A stretch of 64,000 bases of DNA from a virus. Numbering within the stretch: position 1 is the stretch's first letter; each line of letters begins with the position of its first letter. The position numbers and the translations under genes are program-made. This document shows, piece by piece, positions 9,230-17,413 of this stretch. The DNA lies in IMG/VR virus record IMGVR_UViG_3300048838_001413, positions 4,836 to 68,835 of that record. One strand, 5' to 3'. A model generated the notes under the pieces. The model worked only from the letters and a program-made list of their open reading frames with translations. It was not told the origin of the DNA and did not search any database.

Positions 9230-9532
9230 TTATAATCTCGGCCTGACCTGTTCAACAAACCACCGGTTTTGCGGCCAATTCAACGGCATGTTATATTTTT
9301 CGGCGATCAGCTGATCGTACCTTTCGCTAAATCTTTCGTATTGTACCTCTCCGGCTCTTTTGCTTGAAATTCGTTGAACCAGTACAAGCTTTGTCCCGAA
9401 AAGTTTACGAAAGTTTCCGTCGGTTGTTTTCGGCAGCCTTGCGAAATTCCTTTCGCTGATAATGGTAACGCTCTCTTTCCCTTCGTAAGAAAGGTCGCTG
9501 AGCAAAACATGAAATTGTCGGTTGTTATACAT
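9230..9532 (-). CDS. Hypothetical protein (start MYNNRQF)
   Basis: ORF in a tightly packed operon. Confidence 0.65.
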   Translation of the reverse strand: MYNNRQFHVLLSDLSYEGKESVTIISERNFARLPKTTDGNFRKLFGTKLVLVQRISSKRAGEVQYERFSERYDQLIAEKYNMPLNWPQNRWFVEQVRPRL

Positions 9533-9543
9533 CGCTTTAATTT

Positions 9544-9750
9544 TTAAACGTTTATAATTATCCTGGGCGCAATGTCCCAAAATTTACTTTCCGGTGTGTC
9601 GGCCGGTGCTGTGAATGATTTCCGGTATTCTTGTCCGGTATCTCTCTCGTAATAAGAGAAAACAGCCCATGCAACCTTTTTGCGGCGATCTTTGCTATCC
9701 CTGCGGGAATGATCGTATTTCTCGAGGGATTTTCGGATTAAGTGCGACAT
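9544..9750 (-). CDS. Hypothetical protein
   Basis: 68 aa, operon packing. Confidence 0.65.
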   Translation of the reverse strand: MSHLIRKSLEKYDHSRRDSKDRRKKVAWAVFSYYERDTGQEYRKSFTAPADTPESKFWDIAPRIIINV

Positions 9751-9753
9751 TTT

Positions 9754-9996
9754 TTAGCCCTCCATTGCGAAAAATACACGAACCTTTGCGGGAAAGTATT
9801 GCAGATTTTGTTCAGTGATTACCACTTTCCCTTTATATATCGCCATTGTGCTCTCGTAAATATATTCGAGCTGTCGATAATGAATACGCTCGATAGGGCT
9901 GTTGTGGTTTTTGGCAAGTTCCTCGAAAGATTTAGTTCCGGCAGCTGTAGCCCGCTGCATGGTTGCCACCTCTCTACGCAAAAATGAAATATTCAT
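9754..9996 (-). CDS. Hypothetical protein
   Basis: Start 15 nt after repeat copy 9. Confidence 0.7.
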   Translation of the reverse strand: MNISFLRREVATMQRATAAGTKSFEELAKNHNSPIERIHYRQLEYIYESTMAIYKGKVVITEQNLQYFPAKVRVFFAMEG

Positions 9997-10011
9997 GATA
10001 TAAATAATTTC

Positions 10012-10044
10012 GGCAGGGGTAACGGAGGCCGGCTGCCACTCTCC
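10012..10044 (-). repeat. Leader pseudoknot repeat, copy 9
   Basis: GGCAGGGGTAACGGAGGCCGGCTGCCACTCTCC. Confidence 0.9.
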
Positions 10045-10073
10045 AAATTTTTTCCAATTTTTTTCAAAGCCCT

Positions 10074-10841
10074 TTATAGGGATTTAATAATCCATTCCTT
10101 ACGGTCGTTTTCCTCACGTTCCTCACGGGCTTTTGTTTCGAGTTTTTCAACCGATAGCATTAAATTCCATACGAAAATTGAGCCCCGAAGTTCATCCATC
10201 ATCTGCTGAACAGGTATCAAGCGCTTTTTAAACGATTGAATGAATTTATCTTTTGGCACCTCGGTTATTTTGCCATTATTCCCGATAAAGAACCGGTCAT
10301 TTCCCAACACGCTCGAAAGTAAGCTAACAACCTCCAAGGTTACATCTTCGGCCTTAATTTCTCCGTTATATATCCACCGCAATCCCCTGCTTGTGAAAAA
10401 TGATGTCGTTCTGCAAGCCAGTAAGCTTTTCAATGCTTTTTCAAGCTTTTCAACGCAAAATATATTGGTTCCGGTATCTCTCATGCCGTAATAGAATTCG
10501 CCGGTATAGCCAGCAAGTTCTTTCTTATCGTGATATGTAAAATCACGATGAAAATGTTTCAGGTAAGGGGTTACGATTGGCTGTAATTGCTCATGGTAAG
10601 GCTTTACTATCGGGTTTACATAACCCAAACCGCCGAGAGTTACCCCTTTCATGTAATACTTCGAGCGGGTAAAGTGGTTTCGCTCTGCAATGCTCATTAC
10701 GATTTCGCAAATGTGTTTTCCATTCACCTTAACCTCGAATTTGCAATAATTCGTGGTTTTAATCGAAGAGGTAAATTGTTCGGGGTTGCCGTATTTTTTC
10801 AGCATTTTCTCCCGCAAATTCGTGTAATTAATAGCGTTCAT
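10074..10841 (-). CDS. Hypothetical protein
   Basis: 255 aa ORF. Confidence 0.75.
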   Translation of the reverse strand: MNAINYTNLREKMLKKYGNPEQFTSSIKTTNYCKFEVKVNGKHICEIVMSIAERNHFTRSKYYMKGVTLGGLGYVNPIVKPYHEQLQPIVTPYLKHFHRDFTYHDKKELAGYTGEFYYGMRDTGTNIFCVEKLEKALKSLLACRTTSFFTSRGLRWIYNGEIKAEDVTLEVVSLLSSVLGNDRFFIGNNGKITEVPKDKFIQSFKKRLIPVQQMMDELRGSIFVWNLMLSVEKLETKAREEREENDRKEWIIKSL

Positions 10842-10845
10842 GGTT

Positions 10846-10938
10846 TCAGGGTTTTAAGTTGATTAGCAATATTGTTGCGAAAAATACCATCGCGACAATT
10901 ACAAACAATTTTTCGGCTGTTGACGGTTCAGTTTCCAT
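10846..10938 (-). CDS. 30-aa membrane peptide
   Basis: METEPSTAEKLFVIVAMVFFATILLINLKP; leader AATAATTACGAAAATG as in neighbouring genes. Confidence 0.55.
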   Translation of the reverse strand: METEPSTAEKLFVIVAMVFFATILLINLKP

Positions 10939-10998
10939 TTTCGTAATTATTTTCGGCATTTGTGAAAATTTTCCAATTATTTTAAATTCGCTTAATAG

Positions 10999-11235
10999 TT
11001 ATTCCCAATAAGCAATTTCAGACAACCGGTTCATGTTTTGCAAACCGGTGAAATGGTTGATAATTACCACGCTGAAAATGAAATTAGACGGGATATTAAG
11101 TACATTCGAGCAATAGCACTTGGCAACATTTACCGATTCAAACGCAGCCCCTTTTTCGATGTGATTATTCACATAATATGCAAGCCACGAAAGGGCTAAA
11201 AATTGCTGCGAGGTGAGATTTTTTTTGTAATCCAT
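10999..11235 (-). CDS. Hypothetical protein, first gene of the early region
   Basis: Start 16 nt after repeat copy 10. Confidence 0.7.
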   Translation of the reverse strand: MDYKKNLTSQQFLALSWLAYYVNNHIEKGAAFESVNVAKCYCSNVLNIPSNFIFSVVIINHFTGLQNMNRLSEIAYWE

Positions 11236-11251
11236 TTTCGTAATTATTATC

Positions 11252-11284
11252 GGCAGGGGTAACGGAGGCCGGCTGCCACTCTCC
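11252..11284 (-). repeat. Leader pseudoknot repeat, copy 10
   Basis: Identical core to copy 9. Confidence 0.9.
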
Positions 11285-11334
11285 TTATTATTACGTATAT
11301 ATATAACCGGCTGTCGTTCAGCGGTTTACAAATG

Positions 11335-11364
11335 CAAAGTTAACACTAAATTTGCATATGTCAA
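11335..11364 (-). promoter_or_regulatory. Bacteroidetes housekeeping-sigma promoter driving the early region
   Basis: Minus strand TTG-N19-TAACTTTG matches the -33/-7 consensus (TTTG/TAnnTTTG). Confidence 0.7.
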
Positions 11365-11730
11365 GCATTTACAGAAATATTTTTTATTCAGCTGATTTTC
11401 AGTACTTTGCAAGGCTTAATATATATGTTACCGACATACTAAAAAATGCCACAATATAAGGAACGGGCGCGCACGAATGGATTATATAGTGCAGATACTT
11501 TTTGCTGCATACTGGATTATTTTTTACCCGAAAATTAATCACGGGAAAAATTATCCCGAAAATAGTTATTCACGTTTGAGTGATCGGCCAAAAATTTTCC
11601 AATTTTTTTAAAAGCCCTTTATAGTATTATTCAAACGCACGTGAACACACGTACACGTATAGCCAACAGCTTGATAATCAAGCAGTTGCAAACGGCCGTT
11701 TACCTGGTAAGGGGGTAAAAATTGAGTAAT

Positions 11731-12246
11731 TCAGGCAAACGATCAGGCAAACGATCAGGCAAACGATCAGGCAAACGATCAGGCCAACGATCAGGCCAAC
11801 GATCAGGGAAACGATCAGGAAACGATCAGGAAACGATCAGGGAAACGATCAGGAAACGATCAGGCAAACGATCAGGCAAACGATCAGGCAAACGATCAGG
11901 GAAACGATCAGGGAAACGATCAGGCAAACGATCAGGGAAACGATCAGGGAAACGATCAGGCAAACGATCAGGCAAACGATCAGGAAACGATCAGGGAAAC
12001 GATCAGGAAACGATCAGGGAAACGATCAGGCAAACGATCAGGGAAACGATCAGGGAAACGATCAGGGAAACGATCAGGGAAACGATCAGGCAAACGATCA
12101 GGGAAACGATCAGGCAAACGATCAGGCAAACGATCAGGGAAACGATCAGGAAACGATCAGGGAAACGATCAGGCAAACGATCAGGCAAACGATCAGGCAA
12201 ACGATCAGGAAACGATCAGGGAAACGATCAGGGAAACGATCAGGCA
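11731..12246. repeat. Tandem array of 43 x 11-12 bp units AAACGATCAGG(C/G/-)
   Basis: Direct count of GATC-containing units. Confidence 0.97.
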
Positions 12247-12247
12247 T

Positions 12248-12281
12248 AAAAAAAACCGGCCGCAAATTTGCGGCCGGTTTT
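12248..12281 (-). terminator. Intrinsic terminator (possibly bidirectional)
   Basis: AAAACCGGCCGCAAA-TTTGCGGCCGGTTTT hairpin with an A/T tract. Confidence 0.8.
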
Positions 12282-12302
12282 AATACGGGAAAAAATAATT
12301 TT

Positions 12303-12791
12303 TTAGCTTAATGCCGCCTGAACATCGGGCAAATGTTTAACACTAAATATCCAGCCGGCTACCTTTTGGCCGTTTACGTTTAAAAACCCATTGAAGCGGC
12401 CGTTTAACGATTTTAAAACGTCCTTTATTGGCTTTGTGTCACCAATAACGGCAAAGCATTTTTCAGAATAGCTTATAATCTGAATTTCGGCGGGGGCTGC
12501 TGCTGCTTTTGCTTTTGGGGCTGCTGCTGCTTTTGGAAGTTGTTTTTTTACTTTTGGGGCTGCTGCTGCTTTTGGGGCTGCTGCTGCTTTTGGGGCTGCT
12601 GCTGCTTTTGGGGCTGCTGCTGCTTTTGGGGCTGCTGCTGCTTTTGGGGCTGCTGCTGCTGCTGCTGCTTTTGTTAGTACTGTAGTTGTTGTTGTCTTGT
12701 TTTCGTTAATTAATGCCATTATCATTGTAGCGGCATCTTTATCGCTGAGGTTCAGCGACTTAACGTAAGAAATTGTTTCATGTGTGTTCAT
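12303..12791 (-). CDS. Protein with histone H1-like AAAAPK repeats and a C-terminal YSEK-F-V-GDT domain
   Basis: 18-bp tandem repeats encode AAAAPK; has its own promoter and terminator. Confidence 0.75.
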   Translation of the reverse strand: MNTHETISYVKSLNLSDKDAATMIMALINENKTTTTTVLTKAAAAAAAPKAAAAPKAAAAPKAAAAPKAAAAPKAAAAPKVKKQLPKAAAAPKAKAAAAPAEIQIISYSEKCFAVIGDTKPIKDVLKSLNGRFNGFLNVNGQKVAGWIFSVKHLPDVQAALS

Positions 12792-12856
12792 AACGTATTG
12801 ATTTTAAGTGTGTTAGGTTCGTGACCGGCAGAACCTCGAAGCCGTTTGAAAGGACA

Positions 12857-12886
12857 AAGATAATATACATTTGCTGCTTTTGTCAA
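12857..12886 (-). promoter_or_regulatory. Bacteroidetes-type promoter for 12303..12791
   Basis: Minus strand TTGACA...TATCTTTG. Confidence 0.6.
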
Positions 12887-13000
12887 GTGTTATTTTTTAT
12901 CCGGCATATTATGTAATTGATTTTCAAGCTATTGACAAACGAAATTTAGAATCATTCTAAATAAGCCGTTCTATGTGTACCCGCCTGGGCGCGCGATATG

Positions 13001-13054
13001 TATCGCACATGCGAAACATATCGCACATGCGAAACATATCGCACATGCGAAACA
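13001..13054. repeat. 3 x 18-bp tandem repeat TATCGCACATGCGAAACA with an internal palindrome
   Basis: Each unit contains TCGCA-CA-TGCGA; a degenerate fourth copy follows. Confidence 0.9.
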
Positions 13055-13319
13055 TATCGCGCACACGAATTAAATCACCCGCGCGAATCATTACGCGCGC
13101 GCGCGATCATTTCGCGAAGGTATTCGTATGTAGGTAGGCTGCATATATCACCGAACAAACCGCACACAAACACACCATTCCATTAGGGCAAGCGCGGGAT
13201 CAATCAACACATAAACAGATCAAAAACGGTGGTTTTACGAGGGCTTACGGCCATATGCGTTTGAGCATGTGCGGTTTAAGCCCGGCTACATATGCAGGTA
13301 GAATGGATGGGATTTTGCC

Positions 13320-15035
13320 TTAAAAGCGAGGGTCAACGAAGGTGCTTTGGCGATGCAGGCGCGAGCCGTATTTTGTCCAGATGCGCTTGTCAACGGCATC
13401 GCCGAAGTGCGTAGCTTCTTCGGGGAGGACTGATTTGCGCTGCTCCGAACGCTTGTCTTTTTCGAACTTGCCGTTTGTTTCGCGCAAGCCCGTGTTTGTC
13501 ATGCTTATGAGCGTGTATTTACAGTTTTTGCCATTGAAAATGACCTTTGGGAAACCACTGTTTTCGCCTTTGAGTATGTTGAGCCAAAGCAGATATTTTT
13601 CGTGCTGAGGCGGTTCCATGCCCTTATGCACCTGCTGGCGAACTACCCATTTGTTTCGTATAAAACGATCTATGGCTTGTTCGTTGTAGGGTTTTGAGTT
13701 TTTGGCATTGGGCTGGCGGTGATCTCCGTACCTGTCGCGGAAGTAAATGACTTCTTTTTTGATGTGATTTTCGTAGTATTGGCAGAAATCATCAACCAGG
13801 TCGTCGATCATAACGCCGGAAGATTCGTCGGGTTTGACGTAAAATTCGTTTATGACACAATCCACGGGTTCAACCATGTTGTTTACGAAGTTGAAGTTCC
13901 GCTCCTGGCCAACGGAGAAGAGGCTGATCTTCGCGCCCCAATCGGGGCATACCTCGAGGGGTGCATTGGGATTGCAATCGAGATCCATTTGGGAATTGTG
14001 TTTCCCGAGTTTTTCGAAATCGTAATTTGAGTTTAAGGCCAGTGATTGAATAAACGCGTCGTTGGTTGCGCTGTAGTACACATGGCGGGTGTTGTCGATG
14101 TGGTAGTAACAGTTTTCGACGCGATCGATAACCCAGTTGAGAATTTCGATAAGGAAAGTGAGCAGGGCTTGTTTATCGTATTCACGGACGATGTAGCTCA
14201 TTCCAAGGTTTTCGATGTTGTCGAACGCATTGGCCAGGGTAAAGAGAACGCCGCTTTTGGAAGTGAACGGAGTAATTTTCTGCTTCAGGCGGATGATTTC
14301 GTTCCAAAGGGATTTGAAGAAAGCGCGGTCGCTGTTTTTGTAGGCTGAAATAAGGTCGAGCTGAAGTTTAACAATGCGGTTCCATATCTCGAAAAGCCTG
14401 ATTCCGGCTTCTTCTTCGTAGTAATCGGCATATTGAAGGAGCCATTTTTGTTCGGGCATGAAGGGCATTGAACTGACGTACCTGAAGCCGTGGTGCTGTT
14501 TGATGGGGTTTTTACACCTGATGCCGAAATGTTCCTCGTTGCCACGGTTTGTGGGCGATGTTTCCTGATCGTATCGCTCTTTGTTGATGGTGAGGGCTTC
14601 GTCAACGATTTCGCGGTCAACGTTGGGTCCTCTGGAGCTTCCGATCCTTTCCTGGGAAAGCATGAGGAACCCGGTGCCATTGCTGAACGAAATGAAGTTT
14701 TCGTATTTAAGCACAGGCTCGAGAGGGGTAATGAAGCTTCGCGGTGGTTTTTGGCCGATCACGTAATGTCCTCCGACACCGGGTTCGTACTTTTTATAGC
14801 CAATTTGTTCGAGAAACTTAAAGGTAGATGGGAGTGTACGTGTGAGCAGCTGGCCGTATGTTTGTCCGGTAATTGAACAAATAGACCGTGGCATTTCGCG
14901 CGAAACTTTGTTCATTTCCCAACCCACGATGAAGCTTTTCCCGGTACCACGCCCCCATATATCGACTTCGGATTTTGGGTTGTTGGCAATGGAGATCAGC
15001 TGAGGATTATTGAGTTTAATGAGTTCAGGAATCAT
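13320..15035 (-). CDS. Terminase large subunit
   Basis: Walker A GRGTGKS, Walker B IVDEA, C-terminal nuclease-like acidic motifs (DWG...THFGDAVD). Confidence 0.85.
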   Translation of the reverse strand: MIPELIKLNNPQLISIANNPKSEVDIWGRGTGKSFIVGWEMNKVSREMPRSICSITGQTYGQLLTRTLPSTFKFLEQIGYKKYEPGVGGHYVIGQKPPRSFITPLEPVLKYENFISFSNGTGFLMLSQERIGSSRGPNVDREIVDEALTINKERYDQETSPTNRGNEEHFGIRCKNPIKQHHGFRYVSSMPFMPEQKWLLQYADYYEEEAGIRLFEIWNRIVKLQLDLISAYKNSDRAFFKSLWNEIIRLKQKITPFTSKSGVLFTLANAFDNIENLGMSYIVREYDKQALLTFLIEILNWVIDRVENCYYHIDNTRHVYYSATNDAFIQSLALNSNYDFEKLGKHNSQMDLDCNPNAPLEVCPDWGAKISLFSVGQERNFNFVNNMVEPVDCVINEFYVKPDESSGVMIDDLVDDFCQYYENHIKKEVIYFRDRYGDHRQPNAKNSKPYNEQAIDRFIRNKWVVRQQVHKGMEPPQHEKYLLWLNILKGENSGFPKVIFNGKNCKYTLISMTNTGLRETNGKFEKDKRSEQRKSVLPEEATHFGDAVDKRIWTKYGSRLHRQSTFVDPRF

Positions 15036-15036
15036 G

Positions 15037-15630
15037 TTAAGTATTCATAATTTCCTCGGCCTGCACGTCGGTTATTTCGGCACCTGCAAACAGAATACGG
15101 TTAAGTTCCTGAAGCGTTGCATCGGGAAGGCTTTTGAGTTTTGAGAAGTCGAGTTTAACTTCCTGATTGTTTTGCTGAATGAGGATGTAGAACTCATGTT
15201 TTTCGGTGAGGCGCGGATCGTTTGGGTCGTCGGGTTTTTTGCCCAGGGCTTTAATGAGGTTGGCGTGCTCCATGGCAATAACGCGTTGCGCGTTGGGTTC
15301 GTTGTTGGTTTTTGCCCGGTCGATATTTTTGATGATGTCGTTAATGAGCCAGGTTTGCCAAAAGTCGAAATCGAAGCTGTGTATCGTGTTGAACAGTCGT
15401 TTGGCGATAGAAATATCGAGATAGGCACGCGACCGGCCTATCTCGGGATATTTGGCCATGTGCAGGGCGACCGCGTTTTTGGTAACGGGTGAGTTGTCGA
15501 GGACTCTGGCCGCTGAAAGGATACGGCTGAACATGACCTGTTGTTCGTGGTTAAGCGGCGATGCTTCGGGCGTAAGTATATGGGCTTTGATCAGCTCATA
15601 GTTTACTTCGTCGATTGGTGTACGTGGCAT
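15037..15630 (-). CDS. Putative terminase small subunit
   Basis: Immediately upstream of the large subunit; HTH-like segment; typical size. Confidence 0.55.
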   Translation of the reverse strand: MPRTPIDEVNYELIKAHILTPEASPLNHEQQVMFSRILSAARVLDNSPVTKNAVALHMAKYPEIGRSRAYLDISIAKRLFNTIHSFDFDFWQTWLINDIIKNIDRAKTNNEPNAQRVIAMEHANLIKALGKKPDDPNDPRLTEKHEFYILIQQNNQEVKLDFSKLKSLPDATLQELNRILFAGAEITDVQAEEIMNT

Positions 15631-15654
15631 TTTGCTGAGTTTTTTAGGGAGTTA

Positions 15655-15822
15655 TTACCACCAAAATATTCCGCCCCAAATGAGGACGAAAATAATGAGG
15701 ATGGCGAGGGTGATTTGAGCAATAATGTTTCGGAAAGATTTATCGCCGCTGATTTTGTTAAAGATTTGAATAAGCAGCGCGGTGATTACAAATGTGAACG
15801 GAATCCATGACCAGTGTATCAT
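15655..15822 (-). CDS. 55-aa two-TM membrane protein (not in the ORF track)
   Basis: MIHWSWIPFTFVITALLIQIF...IIAQITLAILIIFVLIWGGIFWW; ATGA overlap with the upstream stop. Confidence 0.6.
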   Translation of the reverse strand: MIHWSWIPFTFVITALLIQIFNKISGDKSFRNIIAQITLAILIIFVLIWGGIFWW

Positions 15823-16484
15823 TGTTTTTTTGGTTTTGGTTTTGTTTTGGTTGATTTTGGTTGTTTGGGTTTGGCAACAGGAGCCTCACCTTCAGGAGCC
15901 TGCTCAGGGAAAAGAATGCTCATATCGGGCTGGATTGAGCGTTCGTAGTAATCTTCTTTGGCATTGTAAAGCATTTCGATGCGAAGCGAATGCTGCTGAA
16001 TGGATTCGGAAAGCAGTTTGCGTTTAAGGTTGTACGTGGGGTGGTTTTTCTGCGGAATGGCCTCACGTTCAGACGAAAGCTTGCTTCGTAACTTGAAAAG
16101 CTTCGCGTGCTCTTTGATGATTCGGGTGATAAATGCCGGCGTTGTTTTGTTTTTGTTGCTGACCTGTTTTGTTTTGATAGGAGCAGCCGGAGCCGATGGG
16201 ATGGGGGGTTCAGGGGTTTTTGCCGGAACGGTTTTCTGTTCAGGTTCGGGGATCTTTGCTTTGGGATCTTCGACCGGAGGTTCGGGTTTGGTTTCGGTGG
16301 GAGTTACATTTGTAATTCCGGCCAGTTTTTTAAGTTCATACTCGAGCTTACCGGCATAGGTTTTTTCGCGGCCACGGAATATTCGTGACATCTGCGGGCG
16401 ATAGGCGAACATGATCTCGATTCCTTCATCGTAATTTTTGGTTTTGAGCCATTCTTCTACGATTTGTTTGAGGGTGTGTGTCAT
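15819..16484 (-). CDS. Hypothetical phage protein
   Basis: 221 aa with a Pro/Lys-rich linker. Confidence 0.75.
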   Translation of the reverse strand: MTHTLKQIVEEWLKTKNYDEGIEIMFAYRPQMSRIFRGREKTYAGKLEYELKKLAGITNVTPTETKPEPPVEDPKAKIPEPEQKTVPAKTPEPPIPSAPAAPIKTKQVSNKNKTTPAFITRIIKEHAKLFKLRSKLSSEREAIPQKNHPTYNLKRKLLSESIQQHSLRIEMLYNAKEDYYERSIQPDMSILFPEQAPEGEAPVAKPKQPKSTKTKPKPKKQ

Positions 16485-17413
16485 AAAGTGTTGATGAATT
16501 GAGTGAGTTTGAAACGAAGTTTAACTTCAAGGGCAGGCGTTTTGTATTTTGTAAAAAGCCTGGTGATGTTGTGGTTATGAAAGTAGTTGTTAAAAATTTC
16601 GATCCCGAATAGATACTGCTGGCCATTGTGATACCATTTTGCAATGTCGGCGACTTTATCGCCATCAATATCGATGCTCTCGTAAATTGATCTCTCGGGA
16701 AACTGCGAGATCATCCAGTACTTAAAGCTGTTGTTGAGCGCTGCATCGTTGTAGCCGACAAATTGGGCGTTTTCTGTACGTTTGATAATATCGGCGAGGC
16801 TGTATGTTTTGTATAACGTAACCTTTTGATCGACCAGGTGATCGGCAGGCAGCGCGAGTACATTGCCGTAAATAGATCGAAAGGTGATTCCGATATCGTC
16901 GATAAAGTCGAACGCGCTCATAACTTCGGGAAACTTATATTTATTCATAAGCATGGGCGCATGGTAATCGTATTGCAGTGTAGGCAGCCCGGAGATCTGC
17001 AAGAGATCGAAAGTACGCCTGAGCCTGAACCTGTAGTGCTGAGTAACCCAAAAGCCTGACGGACGATCTTTCATATCGCCTTTGTGCATCCATGGAATCT
17101 GACTGGCAATCATTGGTTTGTTGATGATGAAATCGTCGTTCATAAAGAGGAAATCATCGGAGAGGTCTTTTTCCTGGCACGCCCTGAGAATTTTGAGGGT
17201 CATGTTGCCATCGGCGTTGATGCTTGAAAGTTCGTCGGGGTGATAGATGTGAATTACCTTATCGGACAAGAACCCGGGGTTTTCGCCGATGATGTAGATG
17301 TTCCTTACCCCTTTGAGGTTTTTTTGCACGGACCGGAGGGAAACCCTGAGTTCGTTGTTGTGCCAGGCAGAGCCGGAGCCAAGGATATAAACGAGGTCAA
17401 TTCTGCGCTTCAT
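16481..17413 (-). CDS. Stealth-family-like sugar-phosphate transferase
   Basis: IDLVY (CR1-like), ELRVSLRSV...NIYII and DDFLFMNDDF (CR2-like). Confidence 0.7.
   Translation of the reverse strand: MKRRIDLVYILGSGSAWHNNELRVSLRSVQKNLKGVRNIYIIGENPGFLSDKVIHIYHPDELSSINADGNMTLKILRACQEKDLSDDFLFMNDDFIINKPMIASQIPWMHKGDMKDRPSGFWVTQHYRFRLRRTFDLLQISGLPTLQYDYHAPMLMNKYKFPEVMSAFDFIDDIGITFRSIYGNVLALPADHLVDQKVTLYKTYSLADIIKRTENAQFVGYNDAALNNSFKYWMISQFPERSIYESIDIDGDKVADIAKWYHNGQQYLFGIEIFNNYFHNHNITRLFTKYKTPALEVKLRFKLTQFINTL

Noticed and set aside
327-11284. Leader repeats as a CRISPR array
   Set aside because: The intervening sequences are whole genes of 0.2-2 kb, not uniform spacers, and there are no cas genes
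11722-12249. 175-aa + strand ORF (SGKR/ETIR repeats) and its antisense ORF
   Set aside because: By-product of the stop-free tandem array; 11-bp units switch frame arbitrarily and the start is weak
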